Positions 9,429 through 19,872 are shown, counted from the first letter of the stretch. The stretch is DNA of 64,000 bases from an uncultured Candidatus Saccharibacteria bacterium (GCA_964403155.1 CAYOEG010000001.1:85550-149549); one strand, 5' to 3'. Made by a program: numbers and translations. The notes: a model not told the origin generated them from the letters alone.

Positions 9429-10067
9429 CTATTTTTTCAACATTTCCAAATCATTGATAACGTCCATTCCAGCCCTTACAGCCTTTGAATCTTCCTCTTT
9501 TAAACATTTAGTATCTATCATCACCGCAAGAAGACTATCTTGATTATATAGGTCATCATTCCCACAAAAATCCTCATTTTGTTCGGGGATATTCATAACA
9601 AGTGGATGAGACCTTCCCTCACCAACTGATTTACGTGCGAATTCCATAAAGTAATAATCCTCTACTCCACTATATTCCTGCATCGAGTACGGGTCCATTG
9701 TACTTGGATCTAAATCTATTGCTCTTTCCTTAAAAGGGATTTTCCCCTCGGGTAGTTTTGTAGAGAATATTGCATATACATGGTAATCCTTATTTTCCTT
9801 TTCATGGAAACCACCATGGATCCACTTTAATGATAGAGAATTCAAACTCAAGCGAAGAATATCGGAACTCTGAAATGTTGAGCCTTCTTTCAGAAACTTA
9901 GCCTGTCTTCTAACCCCCTTTATACCAGATAATTCACTTAAAAAAGCTATCACAGATTTTCGCATTTCCACTCTCAAGAGCAGTGTCCATTCTCCACGAG
10001 CTTCTTCATCGAGTTGATGCTCACTAGCATCAGCTCTCTCTATTAAATCTGAGAGATAAGGCGCCAT
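9429..10067 (-). CDS. Hypothetical protein
   Basis: 212-aa ORF with no recognised motif. Confidence 0.4.
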   Translation of the reverse strand: MAPYLSDLIERADASEHQLDEEARGEWTLLLRVEMRKSVIAFLSELSGIKGVRRQAKFLKEGSTFQSSDILRLSLNSLSLKWIHGGFHEKENKDYHVYAIFSTKLPEGKIPFKERAIDLDPSTMDPYSMQEYSGVEDYYFMEFARKSVGEGRSHPLVMNIPEQNEDFCGNDDLYNQDSLLAVMIDTKCLKEEDSKAVRAGMDVINDLEMLKK

Positions 10068-10109
10068 ATATAGTATAATTATATAAGTTATATATATTAA
10101 TAATATATA

Positions 10110-10892
10110 CTAATAATCTAGGTCTGTCCACACATTCTGGACATCATCATAATCTTCCAATTTCTCAATCCCCTCTTTTGCTTTCTCAAGTGCTTCACCT
10201 TGTAATTCTTTATATATCTTTGGCTCTTTAACAATCTCAGCTTCCTTCAAAACAAAACCTAATTTAGAAATAGCATCCCTAACCTGTGTCAACTGATTAT
10301 ATTCGGTATATACCTCAAACCCCTTTACCCCATCCATATCAATCTCATTAATATCAAGTATCCCAGAGATATCCATAAGCATCATTATCACTCCATCAGG
10401 ATCATCAGCGACAAAAGTATCCTCGCCACCAAACTTCTCAGATTTTTGCATATGACCAGACTTAATAACAATATAACCCTTAGTTTCAAAATTCCAACCT
10501 ACAGAACCTTCTGCTCCCATAGTTCCACCAATTTCTTCAAAAATTTGCCTTAATTCAGACACAGTCCTATTCTTGTTATCACTCAAAGTATCAACAATCA
10601 ACTGAATACCATGAGGACCAAATCCTTCATATGAGGCCTCTTCGAACACTATGCCACTATCCCCACCACCTACACCCTTTTCAATAGCTTTCTCAATTCT
10701 ATCCATCGGGAAACTAGCCTCTCTTGCCTTGTCAATATACAACCTTAAATTAGGATTCATATCAGGATTACCACCACCTTGTCTTGCTGCATGAGTTATC
10801 TGTGTTGAGAGCTTGGAAAATGCTTTTCCTTTTTTAGCATCATTCAATGCCTTCTTGTGTTTAATGGTATCCCACTTAGAATGTCCTGACAT
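10110..10892 (-). CDS. yebC: YebC/PmpR-family probable transcriptional regulatory protein (DUF28/TACO1)
   Basis: MSGHSKWDTIKHKKALNDAKKGKAFSKL... is the canonical YebC N-terminus. Confidence 0.9.
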   Translation of the reverse strand: MSGHSKWDTIKHKKALNDAKKGKAFSKLSTQITHAARQGGGNPDMNPNLRLYIDKAREASFPMDRIEKAIEKGVGGGDSGIVFEEASYEGFGPHGIQLIVDTLSDNKNRTVSELRQIFEEIGGTMGAEGSVGWNFETKGYIVIKSGHMQKSEKFGGEDTFVADDPDGVIMMLMDISGILDINEIDMDGVKGFEVYTEYNQLTQVRDAISKLGFVLKEAEIVKEPKIYKELQGEALEKAKEGIEKLEDYDDVQNVWTDLDY

Positions 10893-10942
10893 ATATTACA
10901 ATCAATGTGAATTTAGACATCCCTATTCTACCACAAAAGCCT

Positions 10943-13468
10943 CTAAAGCTTTACTGTATACTTCTTTTTATCTTCTTCTTTCTTAGGCTCTACCTTCGGC
11001 TTCTCTTCAGTAACATCTTTTTTCGCATTATTCTCTTTTGGGGCATCCTCTTTCTTTGGCATAACAGATCTATTTCCCTTCTCACTGTAGGTTTGATTAC
11101 TCCATTTTTGGATTTTTTCCTCAATCTCCGCTCTATCCACACCATATTTTTCTCTTGATCGCTTTATAATTTCATCCTTACAATCAAACTTCTGATATCT
11201 CACAGGCAAAGATCTCCCGCTGAATGGTACAGATGTCATTCCATCTATACAAAGCTTAATATACAAAGCATGTGCATCCAGAGAGACCAAATCATCTGAT
11301 GACACCACTGGTGCGAATTCCTTTTCCAGTATAGAGGCATCTCCTTGGCTAACAACAAATGATCCCAAAGTCCCAACATTACCAAAGATAGCCTGCCTTA
11401 CTGTTAAAGGTAACTGATCAATATATTGGTTAGTCATTGTAAGATTCAAATGGTATTTTCTTGCCTCGGAAAGAATTTTTGCGAACGAATCTGTAGCAAA
11501 GTTCTGGAACTCATCAACATACAAGAAGAAATCCTTACGCTCTGACTCCGGCATATCTACTCTTTCCATTGCAGTTGCTTGAAGTCTAGTGATTATCATT
11601 CCACCAAGCAAAGAAGCCGTCTCCTCTCCTAACCTACCCTGGGCAAGATTGACCAACAAAATCTTCCTATTATCCATAATCTCTCTCAAGTCGATTGTAG
11701 ACTTCACCTGCCCTATTATATTTCTAGTAACCGCAGAAGACACAAACCTTCCAACTTTGTTCTGTATAGGTGCTACAGCCTCCGCAAGTAGCCTTGGATT
11801 TTGTGCCATCTGAGCAAACTCCTCCGTCCAGAATTTATACAATATTGGGTCATCTACCTGTTTTAATATAAATTTTCTATATGCGTTATCTGTAAGCATT
11901 CTTAAAATAGCCAGCAATGTAGTCCCTTGTGCTTCTAGAGCTGTGGCTGCCGCATTAGTAAGAATATATTGAAGCCTTGGGCCCCACGAATCACCAAACT
12001 GCTTTTTAAACACCTCCACTACTCCATCAGCTATTAGATCTCTTTGGGATTTGTCCTTTAATTCCAAGAGATTGAATCCAACAGGATGATCTACATCTGT
12101 AGGATTGAAATAGATGACATCATCTATACGATTAGGAGGGATATGATCCAACAAATCCTCTACCGTATCACCATGAGGATCTACAAAACATGCGCCATCC
12201 CCGGCTAGCACATCTGAGATGAACATGTTTTTAAAGACAGTCGATTTACCAACACCTGTTTTGCCCAAAAGATAGAAATGACGAGCACGATCAGCTCGTT
12301 TCAGACCAAATTGTACAGTAGCACCACGATAGTCTGTCTCACCAAATACAGTGACATCATCTTCTGTAGCCTTAGGCATATTCATAGGTGGTTCTAACTT
12401 CTTAGATCTACTCCATGCGATATTTGGCGTTTCAACAGAGATATTTGGCAAGTGATACAAAGATGCTAGTTCCTCAATATTAAGGATATCTGGTTCATCC
12501 TTATCCATATGTCTAATAACATACTCATCATATATCTCCTTCCCTGTTTTTGTTGGTTTAGAATGTACAAAGTTATTCAAGTGTGCAGTAGTAAACTGTT
12601 TAAAACTTGCTGCCACATCTCTAAGTATCTGTTCTGATCTCTCTTGTGTTCCTGCTTTTGTTACTACACGGATTTTAACTTCAAATCCAAGTTTCAGCAT
12701 TTTGGTTTCAATTTCTTTTAATTCTTCTTCTTGTCCTGGCTCTAATTTGACAACCTCTTTCTTTACAACAGTCTCACTAGCTGAAAGACTTTGCCCCATT
12801 TTCTTCAATGCTCCAGCAATTTTACTCAAGATAGATTCTCCATTAATATCTTTCCCTTCCCTAATTGCAGTGATATATTTTTTAGAGTTCTTCTGCCAGA
12901 TATTTGAAACTGGTCTAACAGAAATCTGTAACCACGCCTTCTCCCCTTTCGCGAGATCTGACATAGCTCCTGTTATTGCTGCCAAAGGATCTACTTCGAA
13001 ATTTCTAAATGTCTTTATTGGAAATATGGAGTCCTTCTCCATCTCTATCTCTCCACAGGTAACAAATGTATCTTCTTCTGCACCATTTCTTTCTGTGTAA
13101 TCATTCACATAGCTGATATCGGCATTAGGATACTGTGCATACATTTGACCCTCAACAAATTTTGCTAGATGCCTTGGAGTAACAACATAGAAGCGAATGC
13201 CATCTTCATCACTTGAGACAATCTCAAAACTAATAATGTCCTCACCTTTTACAGCATCTCCCAACACTCCATGTACTGATGCGAACATCTGTTCCGCTGC
13301 CAAAGCTGATTTATCGTTCTCTCTTGGGACAAGAATCTGTAACACAAGCGGACTTCGTATGTCTTCAAATACTTCTATCTCAAGCTTGTTAACCTTCTTA
13401 CCCCATATCAGAACGAAGGCTACAAAAGCTCCAGAGAACGCCAAAAGTATTAGCATGACGATAACCAT
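10943..13468 (-). CDS. Membrane-anchored P-loop ATPase of the FtsK/HerA/VirD4(TraG) superfamily (type IV coupling-protein-like), with a long atypical N-terminal region
   Basis: N-terminal TM helix. Walker A LLGKTGVGKST near residue 400, followed by FVDPHGD. Walker B-like FLYVDEFQNF. EARKYHLNLTMTNQYIDQL resembles the VirD4/TraG C-terminal motif. Confidence 0.5.
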   Translation of the reverse strand: MVIVMLILLAFSGAFVAFVLIWGKKVNKLEIEVFEDIRSPLVLQILVPRENDKSALAAEQMFASVHGVLGDAVKGEDIISFEIVSSDEDGIRFYVVTPRHLAKFVEGQMYAQYPNADISYVNDYTERNGAEEDTFVTCGEIEMEKDSIFPIKTFRNFEVDPLAAITGAMSDLAKGEKAWLQISVRPVSNIWQKNSKKYITAIREGKDINGESILSKIAGALKKMGQSLSASETVVKKEVVKLEPGQEEELKEIETKMLKLGFEVKIRVVTKAGTQERSEQILRDVAASFKQFTTAHLNNFVHSKPTKTGKEIYDEYVIRHMDKDEPDILNIEELASLYHLPNISVETPNIAWSRSKKLEPPMNMPKATEDDVTVFGETDYRGATVQFGLKRADRARHFYLLGKTGVGKSTVFKNMFISDVLAGDGACFVDPHGDTVEDLLDHIPPNRIDDVIYFNPTDVDHPVGFNLLELKDKSQRDLIADGVVEVFKKQFGDSWGPRLQYILTNAAATALEAQGTTLLAILRMLTDNAYRKFILKQVDDPILYKFWTEEFAQMAQNPRLLAEAVAPIQNKVGRFVSSAVTRNIIGQVKSTIDLREIMDNRKILLVNLAQGRLGEETASLLGGMIITRLQATAMERVDMPESERKDFFLYVDEFQNFATDSFAKILSEARKYHLNLTMTNQYIDQLPLTVRQAIFGNVGTLGSFVVSQGDASILEKEFAPVVSSDDLVSLDAHALYIKLCIDGMTSVPFSGRSLPVRYQKFDCKDEIIKRSREKYGVDRAEIEEKIQKWSNQTYSEKGNRSVMPKKEDAPKENNAKKDVTEEKPKVEPKKEEDKKKYTVKL

Positions 13469-13526
13469 ATCGAAATTGTAAAGTAAAAATGTTATTTAAT
13501 CAAATATATTTAATTCCTCCCTTACG

Positions 13527-13546
13527 GGGCAGACCTAGGTCTGCCC
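13527..13546. repeat. 20-bp perfect palindrome GGGCAGACCTAGGTCTGCCC (copy 1 of 3) abutting the 3' end of the LCP gene; probable hairpin or terminator-like element
   Basis: Sequence gggcagacctaggtctgccc. Identical or near-identical copies lie near 17467 and 28281. Confidence 0.6.
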
Positions 13547-14733
13547 TAGAAGCTATACATCTGCTGTATATCTTTTCCTAAAAGGACTACGATATCACCT
13601 GTGGTCATAAAAGCTGGTCTTCCCTCTGTCAAATCAAAGCTTCCCGAGAGGATTTCTGTCACTATTTCCAATGAATTTTTATAATTTTCTTTATCCGAGA
13701 CATAGACCACAGTGCGTTCGGTCGTACTTGGAGCGTTTTCATACCTCACTACATCACAACCTGAATTTTCTATCTTTCTTCCAAATTGTTTTGCAGCTCC
13801 TGCAACTCCACTACCGTTATATACCTCGACTCTTACACGTTCTTTTTCCAGAGCTCTGTCAACCACTTTTGAAATTAAATCTCTGTAAACAGTATCGAAT
13901 TCTGTTGTATTTAAATATCTAATCTGGCCACCACTACTTGATAGATCTTCTGTCGAATATCTGTAATATGACAGATCTATGCCATATGTTTCAGTTTTGG
14001 CAATCTGACTATTAAATGTCTCCCAGAATGAAAGGTACTGTCTGAATGACATATTACTAAAAACAGTACTTTGCGCCTTAAGCATTGGACTTAGATGAGT
14101 CATATTATCAACCGCCGAATACTTTGAGGCAAACATATTTAATTTATAGAAAGAATCGCCTAAGGTATCGGAATCAACAGTTTTGAAATACTCTCGGAAC
14201 TTATCCTCTACCCCACTGAAGTCACCATACATTTGGGAGTAATTTGTAACACCCTCTGGAGAAAACCATATGTATCTATCAACTTTTGTACCCAACATTT
14301 GCCCGATTTGCCAAATAGCATATTCCACTCCCCTTCCCTCCTGCAGGAAATCTCCTGCATATCTAAATGATGACAAAGCGATACTATTCCCGAAGTCTTC
14401 TTCAAGTCCCGAAAAATACATCCACCCAGGAACATATATTAAGATGGATTCCTTCTTGCTTTGATTAGTTAAAAAAAGAAATATCTCAGATATTTTCTGA
14501 TTGGATTCACCTCCTCCCTCTATAACTACAAGTGTTTTTTCAAAGTCCCCAGAGGATTTAGAGAGTAAATATTGGTGTGACCCATTTTGTTTTGTAGGGT
14601 CGTCAAATTTTGCTGACAAAACAAGAATTAAATATGTTGAGAAAAAGAGAATAATTAAAAGAAGAGCTGCATATACAAGTATTTTGCTCCAATTGATATG
14701 GGTTGTTTTTTTTGACTTCGTTTTTTTCCTCAT
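13546..14733 (-). CDS. Cell-envelope LCP (LytR-CpsA-Psr)-like protein with C-terminal LytR_C domain, N-terminally membrane-anchored
   Basis: N-terminal TM helix. C-terminal RVEVYNGSGVAGAAKQFGRKIENSGCDVV...VVYV matches the LytR_C consensus. Confidence 0.5.
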   Translation of the reverse strand: MRKKTKSKKTTHINWSKILVYAALLLIILFFSTYLILVLSAKFDDPTKQNGSHQYLLSKSSGDFEKTLVVIEGGGESNQKISEIFLFLTNQSKKESILIYVPGWMYFSGLEEDFGNSIALSSFRYAGDFLQEGRGVEYAIWQIGQMLGTKVDRYIWFSPEGVTNYSQMYGDFSGVEDKFREYFKTVDSDTLGDSFYKLNMFASKYSAVDNMTHLSPMLKAQSTVFSNMSFRQYLSFWETFNSQIAKTETYGIDLSYYRYSTEDLSSSGGQIRYLNTTEFDTVYRDLISKVVDRALEKERVRVEVYNGSGVAGAAKQFGRKIENSGCDVVRYENAPSTTERTVVYVSDKENYKNSLEIVTEILSGSFDLTEGRPAFMTTGDIVVLLGKDIQQMYSF

Positions 14734-15698
14734 TTTAACCTATATATAGCTAACCTACCGGAGGGTTCTTCAAATGATAGGGATATTGATTCCAAAGCAA
14801 TTGCTTCTGGAGTCCCCTCGCCTTTCAATGTTTTAAATAAAGTATCCCCCTCTATATGTACTCTGAAATATTCTAGTGATGCTCTAATTTGATACATTCT
14901 CCCAGTTTTAATAACAACCAAGACTTCATCTTTACTTAAGAATCTAAAATATGAGAGTGCATATTTCGCATTATCAAATGGGTATGGTTTGAAAGTCATT
15001 TTTCTTCTATTAATACTACTCCTACCTATATACCCTTCTACTTTCAGCCATTCGGTCCCTAACTCTTGGGTCCTGACAAAATCATCTATCACCTCTGTCG
15101 CAGAAATCTTCGTTTTTGGGAGCTTTTCAAAAACCTCTTTACTAGTGTTCTCCTTCAATACTACTTTGGCATAATACATTTTTTGCACATTATGTTTTTC
15201 AAATTGTTTTTGGAGATATTTTTGAGTTTCAGAATTTTTGGCAAAAAGCATCAACCCAGATACTGGTTTATCTAATCTATGAACAACTCCTGCCCTGTCC
15301 ATGGTAGAGTCATACCCTCCCTTCTTTGTTAGATATCCTGCGACATAGTTAGCTAATGTATCTTTTGGATTACCTACACCTGGGTGTGCAGAGATTCCCT
15401 TTGGCTTGTTTATGACAATATACGAGTCAGATTCGTAGATAATATTAAGAGGATAATCTTGCGGAATGATCTTGTCATATGTTGTTTCAGAAAGGAGCTT
15501 TTCAATATCTTCCTCTTTCACAGACACGTTATCCCCTACCTTTAACTTGCACGATGGCTTACTTTCTTTACCATTAATCGATACTAACTCTGTCCAGTTT
15601 TTCGCGAGAAAGCTTCTACTGTGTACATTAAAATGTTCACAGATGAATGTATCCGCTCTTTTATTTTCATCTTCTTTACCAACTTGGACAGTACTCAT
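14730..15698 (-). CDS. rluD: RluA-family 23S rRNA pseudouridine synthase (RluD-like) with N-terminal S4 domain
   Basis: HRLDKPVSGLMLFAKN catalytic motif. An S4-like N-terminal segment. Confidence 0.8.
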   Translation of the reverse strand: MSTVQVGKEDENKRADTFICEHFNVHSRSFLAKNWTELVSINGKESKPSCKLKVGDNVSVKEEDIEKLLSETTYDKIIPQDYPLNIIYESDSYIVINKPKGISAHPGVGNPKDTLANYVAGYLTKKGGYDSTMDRAGVVHRLDKPVSGLMLFAKNSETQKYLQKQFEKHNVQKMYYAKVVLKENTSKEVFEKLPKTKISATEVIDDFVRTQELGTEWLKVEGYIGRSSINRRKMTFKPYPFDNAKYALSYFRFLSKDEVLVVIKTGRMYQIRASLEYFRVHIEGDTLFKTLKGEGTPEAIALESISLSFEEPSGRLAIYRLK

Positions 15699-15701
15699 AT
15701 G

Positions 15702-16529
15702 TTATTTAATTGGAGATTTAAATGAATGACTGATACCAATCTCTCTTACTGAGGAGACTTTTTCTATTACAACATTCGCCTTCTTCAAATCCCGCACGAA
15801 GAGTATTAGGCCAATGAGATCCCAACCGAAGAATATATAAATCGTTATCTGTTCGTATATATTCAGCTCTCCAGATAGATAGATATACCCTATTATTGCT
15901 GTAGAAAGACATAGCAGGATTACATTGATAACAAGATATATCCTTTTTTCTGCAATAGGTTTCTGCATTTTGTTTACCAAATTTATGAAAAACATCGATA
16001 TAATTGGGAATATCAGCAATATGCTTCCTTGTAAAACCCATTCCCCGTTTGAGCCATTAAGGCCTAGCAAGATGAAAGAGAAAGCTAGCATAGCCTCTCC
16101 AGAGAAATATATTGTTGGGAACATCTGCCCCCATCTCCACTTCTTTATTCTCGAAGACCAGAAGCCTGCAGATACAAGATATGTTACAAACATTGAAAGG
16201 ATGTTCAATCCTCCATCAAATATATTCAAAAATCTCCAAGGTAAGAGTCTGAACCAATATACCTGATCACCATATTTTTCATATGGTAGCCAATACCATA
16301 TATAACCAGAGAAATCATCATAGTTAGAAGCTATATATATCACTCTTCCAATTAAGAAACCTAAGAATATAGAAACAAGAAACAGATCAAATGTAGAAGA
16401 TCGATCTTTACGTGTCTCCATTGCTCCTCTCCAACAAATAAACATTCCGAGGATAACGACACAGAGAAAAAGCACAGAAGGGCTGAATGTTGAAAACAAT
16501 TGATATATCCAATTAACAATACTGTCCAC
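15702..16529 (-). CDS. lgt: Probable prolipoprotein diacylglyceryl transferase (Lgt-like) membrane protein
   Basis: FLGFLIGRVIYIASNYDDF and FDGGLNILSMF resemble the Lgt motifs FLGGRIGYVLFYNF and WDGGMSFHGGL. The canonical GNFxNxE signature is degenerate. Confidence 0.45.
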   Translation of the reverse strand: MDSIVNWIYQLFSTFSPSVLFLCVVILGMFICWRGAMETRKDRSSTFDLFLVSIFLGFLIGRVIYIASNYDDFSGYIWYWLPYEKYGDQVYWFRLLPWRFLNIFDGGLNILSMFVTYLVSAGFWSSRIKKWRWGQMFPTIYFSGEAMLAFSFILLGLNGSNGEWVLQGSILLIFPIISMFFINLVNKMQKPIAEKRIYLVINVILLCLSTAIIGYIYLSGELNIYEQITIYIFFGWDLIGLILFVRDLKKANVVIEKVSSVREIGISHSFKSPIK

Positions 16530-16574
16530 CGTATCTACATAAAAATTTATACAGTAGTATATGATATCACAGTA

Positions 16575-17294
16575 TTAATGCTTTTTATTCTTCTTTTTCT
16601 TTTTGTTATTTTTCTTACTGTTTACAACATCCTTCTCTGGTTCAACCTTTTTCTGGAACTTACTAATGAAGGCTTCATAGCCATGTATTAGGGATGCTCC
16701 CAATTTTACTGTTAAACTTCTTTTCTTAGTGCTGTATCTTGTTTGCTCTGATTCTACAACTTTTGCAGCCTCTTCTTTTGAAGCTTGGATCTGTTGCTCC
16801 ATTACCTCTTTAGAAGGAGCTTGTTCTTCCACTACTACATCTGCCACTACTTTCTGACCACAAAAAGCACAGTACTCACTATCCTTCTCGATGTACATAC
16901 CGCATGCTCTACATTTATTCTTTATCTCCAATCCACACTTAGGGCAGAATGTGTAACCTGGGTATAGCTGAGCACCACACTTTATACAATCCCCCAACTC
17001 TGCTGTCTCATATTTAAGATATCTTCTTTCTAGATCTGCCCAATATATCTGCTCTATTGTTTGGGATGGTCTAACTATCAAGTAGATTATCCATCCAAAG
17101 ATGTTTAGGAAAAGAACTAAAAGTACATATATTACCCTGGCCTTTTTATTTGTAGTTCTCTCACCAGAGTCCATCCATACCCAATCTAATACAACAATCC
17201 AAAAAACAACGAATATCAAAATAAAGACTTTTGATACGATTTGAAAGTTAATTTGTCCCACACCATTGAGCAGATTAAGCAAGAAATCTTCCAT
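16575..17294 (-). CDS. Membrane protein with a cytoplasmic double zinc-ribbon (CxxC x4) domain and a Lys-rich tail
   Basis: CIKCGAQL...CPKCG...CRACG...CAFCG, preceded by two TM helices. Confidence 0.5.
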   Translation of the reverse strand: MEDFLLNLLNGVGQINFQIVSKVFILIFVVFWIVVLDWVWMDSGERTTNKKARVIYVLLVLFLNIFGWIIYLIVRPSQTIEQIYWADLERRYLKYETAELGDCIKCGAQLYPGYTFCPKCGLEIKNKCRACGMYIEKDSEYCAFCGQKVVADVVVEEQAPSKEVMEQQIQASKEEAAKVVESEQTRYSTKKRSLTVKLGASLIHGYEAFISKFQKKVEPEKDVVNSKKNNKKKKKNKKH

Positions 17295-17318
17295 ATTTGC
17301 CTAATAAAAATTGTAATA

Positions 17319-17402
17319 TGGTCGGGGAGGGAGTTGAACCCTCATGCTATTGCTAGCACGGGATTTTGAGTCCCGCGTGTCTGCCAGTTCCACCACTCGA
17401 CC
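17319..17402 (-). tRNA. tRNA-Leu (anticodon CAA), type II with long variable arm; CCA not encoded
   Basis: Reverse complement reads GGTCGAGTGGTGGAACTGGCAGACACGCGGGACTCAAAATCCCGTGCTAGCAATAGCATGAGGGTTCAACTCCCTCCCCGACCA. Anticodon stem-loop is CGGGA/CUCAAAA/UCCCG and the T-arm is GAGGG-TTCAACT-CCCTC. One A-C mismatch in the acceptor stem. Confidence 0.85.
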
Positions 17403-17466
17403 TTAGTGATGGTATTATACAAGATATTATTGATATATTGAAGACTTTAGGATGTTTTTATCTTGC

Positions 17467-17486
17467 AGGGTAGACCTAGGTCTGCC
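17467..17486. repeat. Copy 2 of the 20-bp palindrome (GGGTAGACCTAGGTCTGCCC, one mismatch) just downstream of dnaB
   Basis: Sequence gcagggtagacctaggtctgccctc. Confidence 0.55.
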
Positions 17487-17503
17487 CTCAAAACACGAGG
17501 AAC

Positions 17504-18823
17504 CTACTTCTCCCCTTTATAAAGGTTTCGGAAGCTCGCAATTTCATTTACAAATGCAAGTTTAATAACTCCGGTTGGACCATTCCTATGTTTTGCCACC
17601 ACTAACTCCCCTAACCCCTTATTCTCTGTATCTGGATTCCATGTTTCTTCCCTATCTATGAACATTACTACATCTGCATCCTGCTCGATAGATCCAGATT
17701 CTCTAAGATCAGACAACTGAGGTCTTCTTCCCTGTCTCTGTTCTACTGCACGATTTAACTGGGAAAGTGCAATTACTGGGACATTTAGTTCCTTTGCGAT
17801 ATTTTTCAATCCCTGAGATATCTCTGTAACTTCCAAGGTTCTACTTTCAGTGCTACTACCATGCATAAGCTGAAGGTAGTCTACAAAGATCATGTCTAAG
17901 CCATGCTCCAAAGCAAGCCTTCTAGCTTTTGTCCTAATAGCATTAATATGCTGTCCTGCCTGGTCATCAATGAAGATATTCGTATCACCAAACTCTCCCA
18001 TTGTTTCTGCTAACTTCATCAATTTCTTGTCACTTAATCTACCAGTTCTAATTTCCCAGAAAGGAATACCTGACTGCATACCGATAAGCCTATCCATAAT
18101 CTGTGTCTTAGACATTTCCAAAGAGAAGAAAGCCACTGTCTTTTTCTCAACCATCGCAGCATGTCTCATCATATCTAAAGCCAAAGATGTTTTTCCAACG
18201 GATGGCCTTGCAGCAAGAATAATTAAGTCAGACTTCTGGAAGCCTCCGAGAAGATCATCCAAATCTTTAAATCCTGTTGATATTCCAAGGTAAGCTTCAT
18301 CATTATCCGCTCTCTCCGCTCTTTCATATGCTTCTTTAAGCAAATCTTTGATGTGTACGAAATTACTTTTAGTTCCAGACTGGGCCACATCAAAAATTTT
18401 CTTTTCGGATTGATCCATCACAGTATCAATCTTCATCGATTCATTGAATGCGAGTTCCGTAATATCTCTTGATGCAGTAATTAACCCTCTTCTTGTAGCA
18501 CTCTCCTTAACAATTGCGCCATATTCCTCTGCATGTGCCGAAGTTGGGACCATAGCAACAAGATCTGCAAGATATGTTTTTCCTCCTATTTTAGCCAACT
18601 GTTTTTTCTTTTTAAAAAGGTCTGATAGTGTTACTAAATCTATTGGAAGCGCATCATTAAAAAGTTCCAAAATCCCAGCATAAATAATTCCATTTCTTTC
18701 ATCATAGAAATGATCTGGAAGAAGCCAACCAGAGACAGCAATTACGGCATCCTTATCTATTAACATAGACCCTATGAGTGATTGTTCTGCTTCTAAGTTT
18801 TGTGGCGGGACTTTTTCTACCAT
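17504..18823 (-). CDS. dnaB: Replicative DNA helicase DnaB (no intein)
   Basis: N-terminal NLEAEQSLIGSML. Walker A ARPSVGKTSLALDM. RecA-like C-terminal domain. Confidence 0.95.
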   Translation of the reverse strand: MVEKVPPQNLEAEQSLIGSMLIDKDAVIAVSGWLLPDHFYDERNGIIYAGILELFNDALPIDLVTLSDLFKKKKQLAKIGGKTYLADLVAMVPTSAHAEEYGAIVKESATRRGLITASRDITELAFNESMKIDTVMDQSEKKIFDVAQSGTKSNFVHIKDLLKEAYERAERADNDEAYLGISTGFKDLDDLLGGFQKSDLIILAARPSVGKTSLALDMMRHAAMVEKKTVAFFSLEMSKTQIMDRLIGMQSGIPFWEIRTGRLSDKKLMKLAETMGEFGDTNIFIDDQAGQHINAIRTKARRLALEHGLDMIFVDYLQLMHGSSTESRTLEVTEISQGLKNIAKELNVPVIALSQLNRAVEQRQGRRPQLSDLRESGSIEQDADVVMFIDREETWNPDTENKGLGELVVAKHRNGPTGVIKLAFVNEIASFRNLYKGEK

Positions 18824-18831
18824 TTAATTAT

Positions 18832-19479
18832 TTACAAAAATATTACTTCAACACTCTGTTGATCTTCTTCGTCAACTTTCTTCTTCGTAACATTGATATA
18901 TCCCTCTTCTCTTACATTGGCAAATCCAAAATGTTTTATGAATTCTTCTTTGCTCTTTAATGTATTACCTTTAGGACCATCCTCTGCATATGCGCATGGT
19001 AATAATACTGCAGGATCTACATCAGAAATTACTTTTTCCATAGTATCAAAATCCATGAAATTTACTCCATCTCCCACTGGTAGAATTAATACATCGACAT
19101 CTCCAACATTTTTAATGTTTGCAGGATCAAAATTCTTTCCAGTACCACCAAGATATACGACCCTAAGATTATTCTCATCGATAATATAGACATCAGAGTC
19201 TAAATCTCTTCTAACCATTAATCCCCCTATTTCAAATTCCCCGGAAGAACTAATTTCTATGATTTTCTCCCTATGCTCTGGTACAACTTTCCCATCTAAT
19301 TTTGTATCTTTCAATATACTTTCCTTGATCTCTTTCTCATAATTAGTAACAGCTATGATATCCGCACTTGTTTTGGGGAAACTTACCCCAGATTCAGATA
19401 ACAGAATAGGATCTGTTATTGCAGAGATATTCGCATTTGAGATTAGGAAGCTTGTCCAACCAATTTTCTTGATTTTCAT
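18832..19479 (-). CDS. Probable metallo-beta-lactamase-fold hydrolase
   Basis: Weak MBL-like layout (VVYLGGTG...VDVLILPVGDG). Low confidence. Confidence 0.35.
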   Translation of the reverse strand: MKIKKIGWTSFLISNANISAITDPILLSESGVSFPKTSADIIAVTNYEKEIKESILKDTKLDGKVVPEHREKIIEISSSGEFEIGGLMVRRDLDSDVYIIDENNLRVVYLGGTGKNFDPANIKNVGDVDVLILPVGDGVNFMDFDTMEKVISDVDPAVLLPCAYAEDGPKGNTLKSKEEFIKHFGFANVREEGYINVTKKKVDEEDQQSVEVIFL

Positions 19480-19548
19480 ATATTCTAGTATTTAATTTAC
19501 GTTATTACTTAGTATATCAGATTTCTTCTGGGGCAGTAGAAGAAACTA

Positions 19549-19767
19549 TTAGGATAACCCTAATGATTTTTTAACGTCTTCTACAAGAGAATTCTTCATC
19601 TCTTGTTTGATCATTTCTACTTTTAGACTTTCCATTGAGGATATACATGCTTGTAGTTGTGTCATTACTTTTGTATCTGTTTCTCCTTCCATTATCATTT
19701 TCTTTACACCTTTTACCTGTCCTTCTACTCTACTGATTCTATTTTGTATTACCTTTGGATATGTCAT
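19549..19767 (-). CDS. CsoR/RcnR-family metal-sensing transcriptional repressor (DUF156)
   Basis: MTYPKVIQNRISRVEGQVKGVKKMIMEGETDTKVMTQLQACISSMESLKVEMIKQ matches the CsoR-like helical core. The track ORF begins 17 codons further upstream (19818), but that start overlaps a terminator hairpin at 19808-19836. Confidence 0.6.
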   Translation of the reverse strand: MTYPKVIQNRISRVEGQVKGVKKMIMEGETDTKVMTQLQACISSMESLKVEMIKQEMKNSLVEDVKKSLGLS

Positions 19768-19872
19768 TGTAAAAGTATATGGGAAAGATATGGGGAGTGC
19801 AATATTGTTTGCTTTCATAGGGGAACAGACACTTGTTTGTTCCCCTATTTGGGCAGACTTTATTATGGTAAA

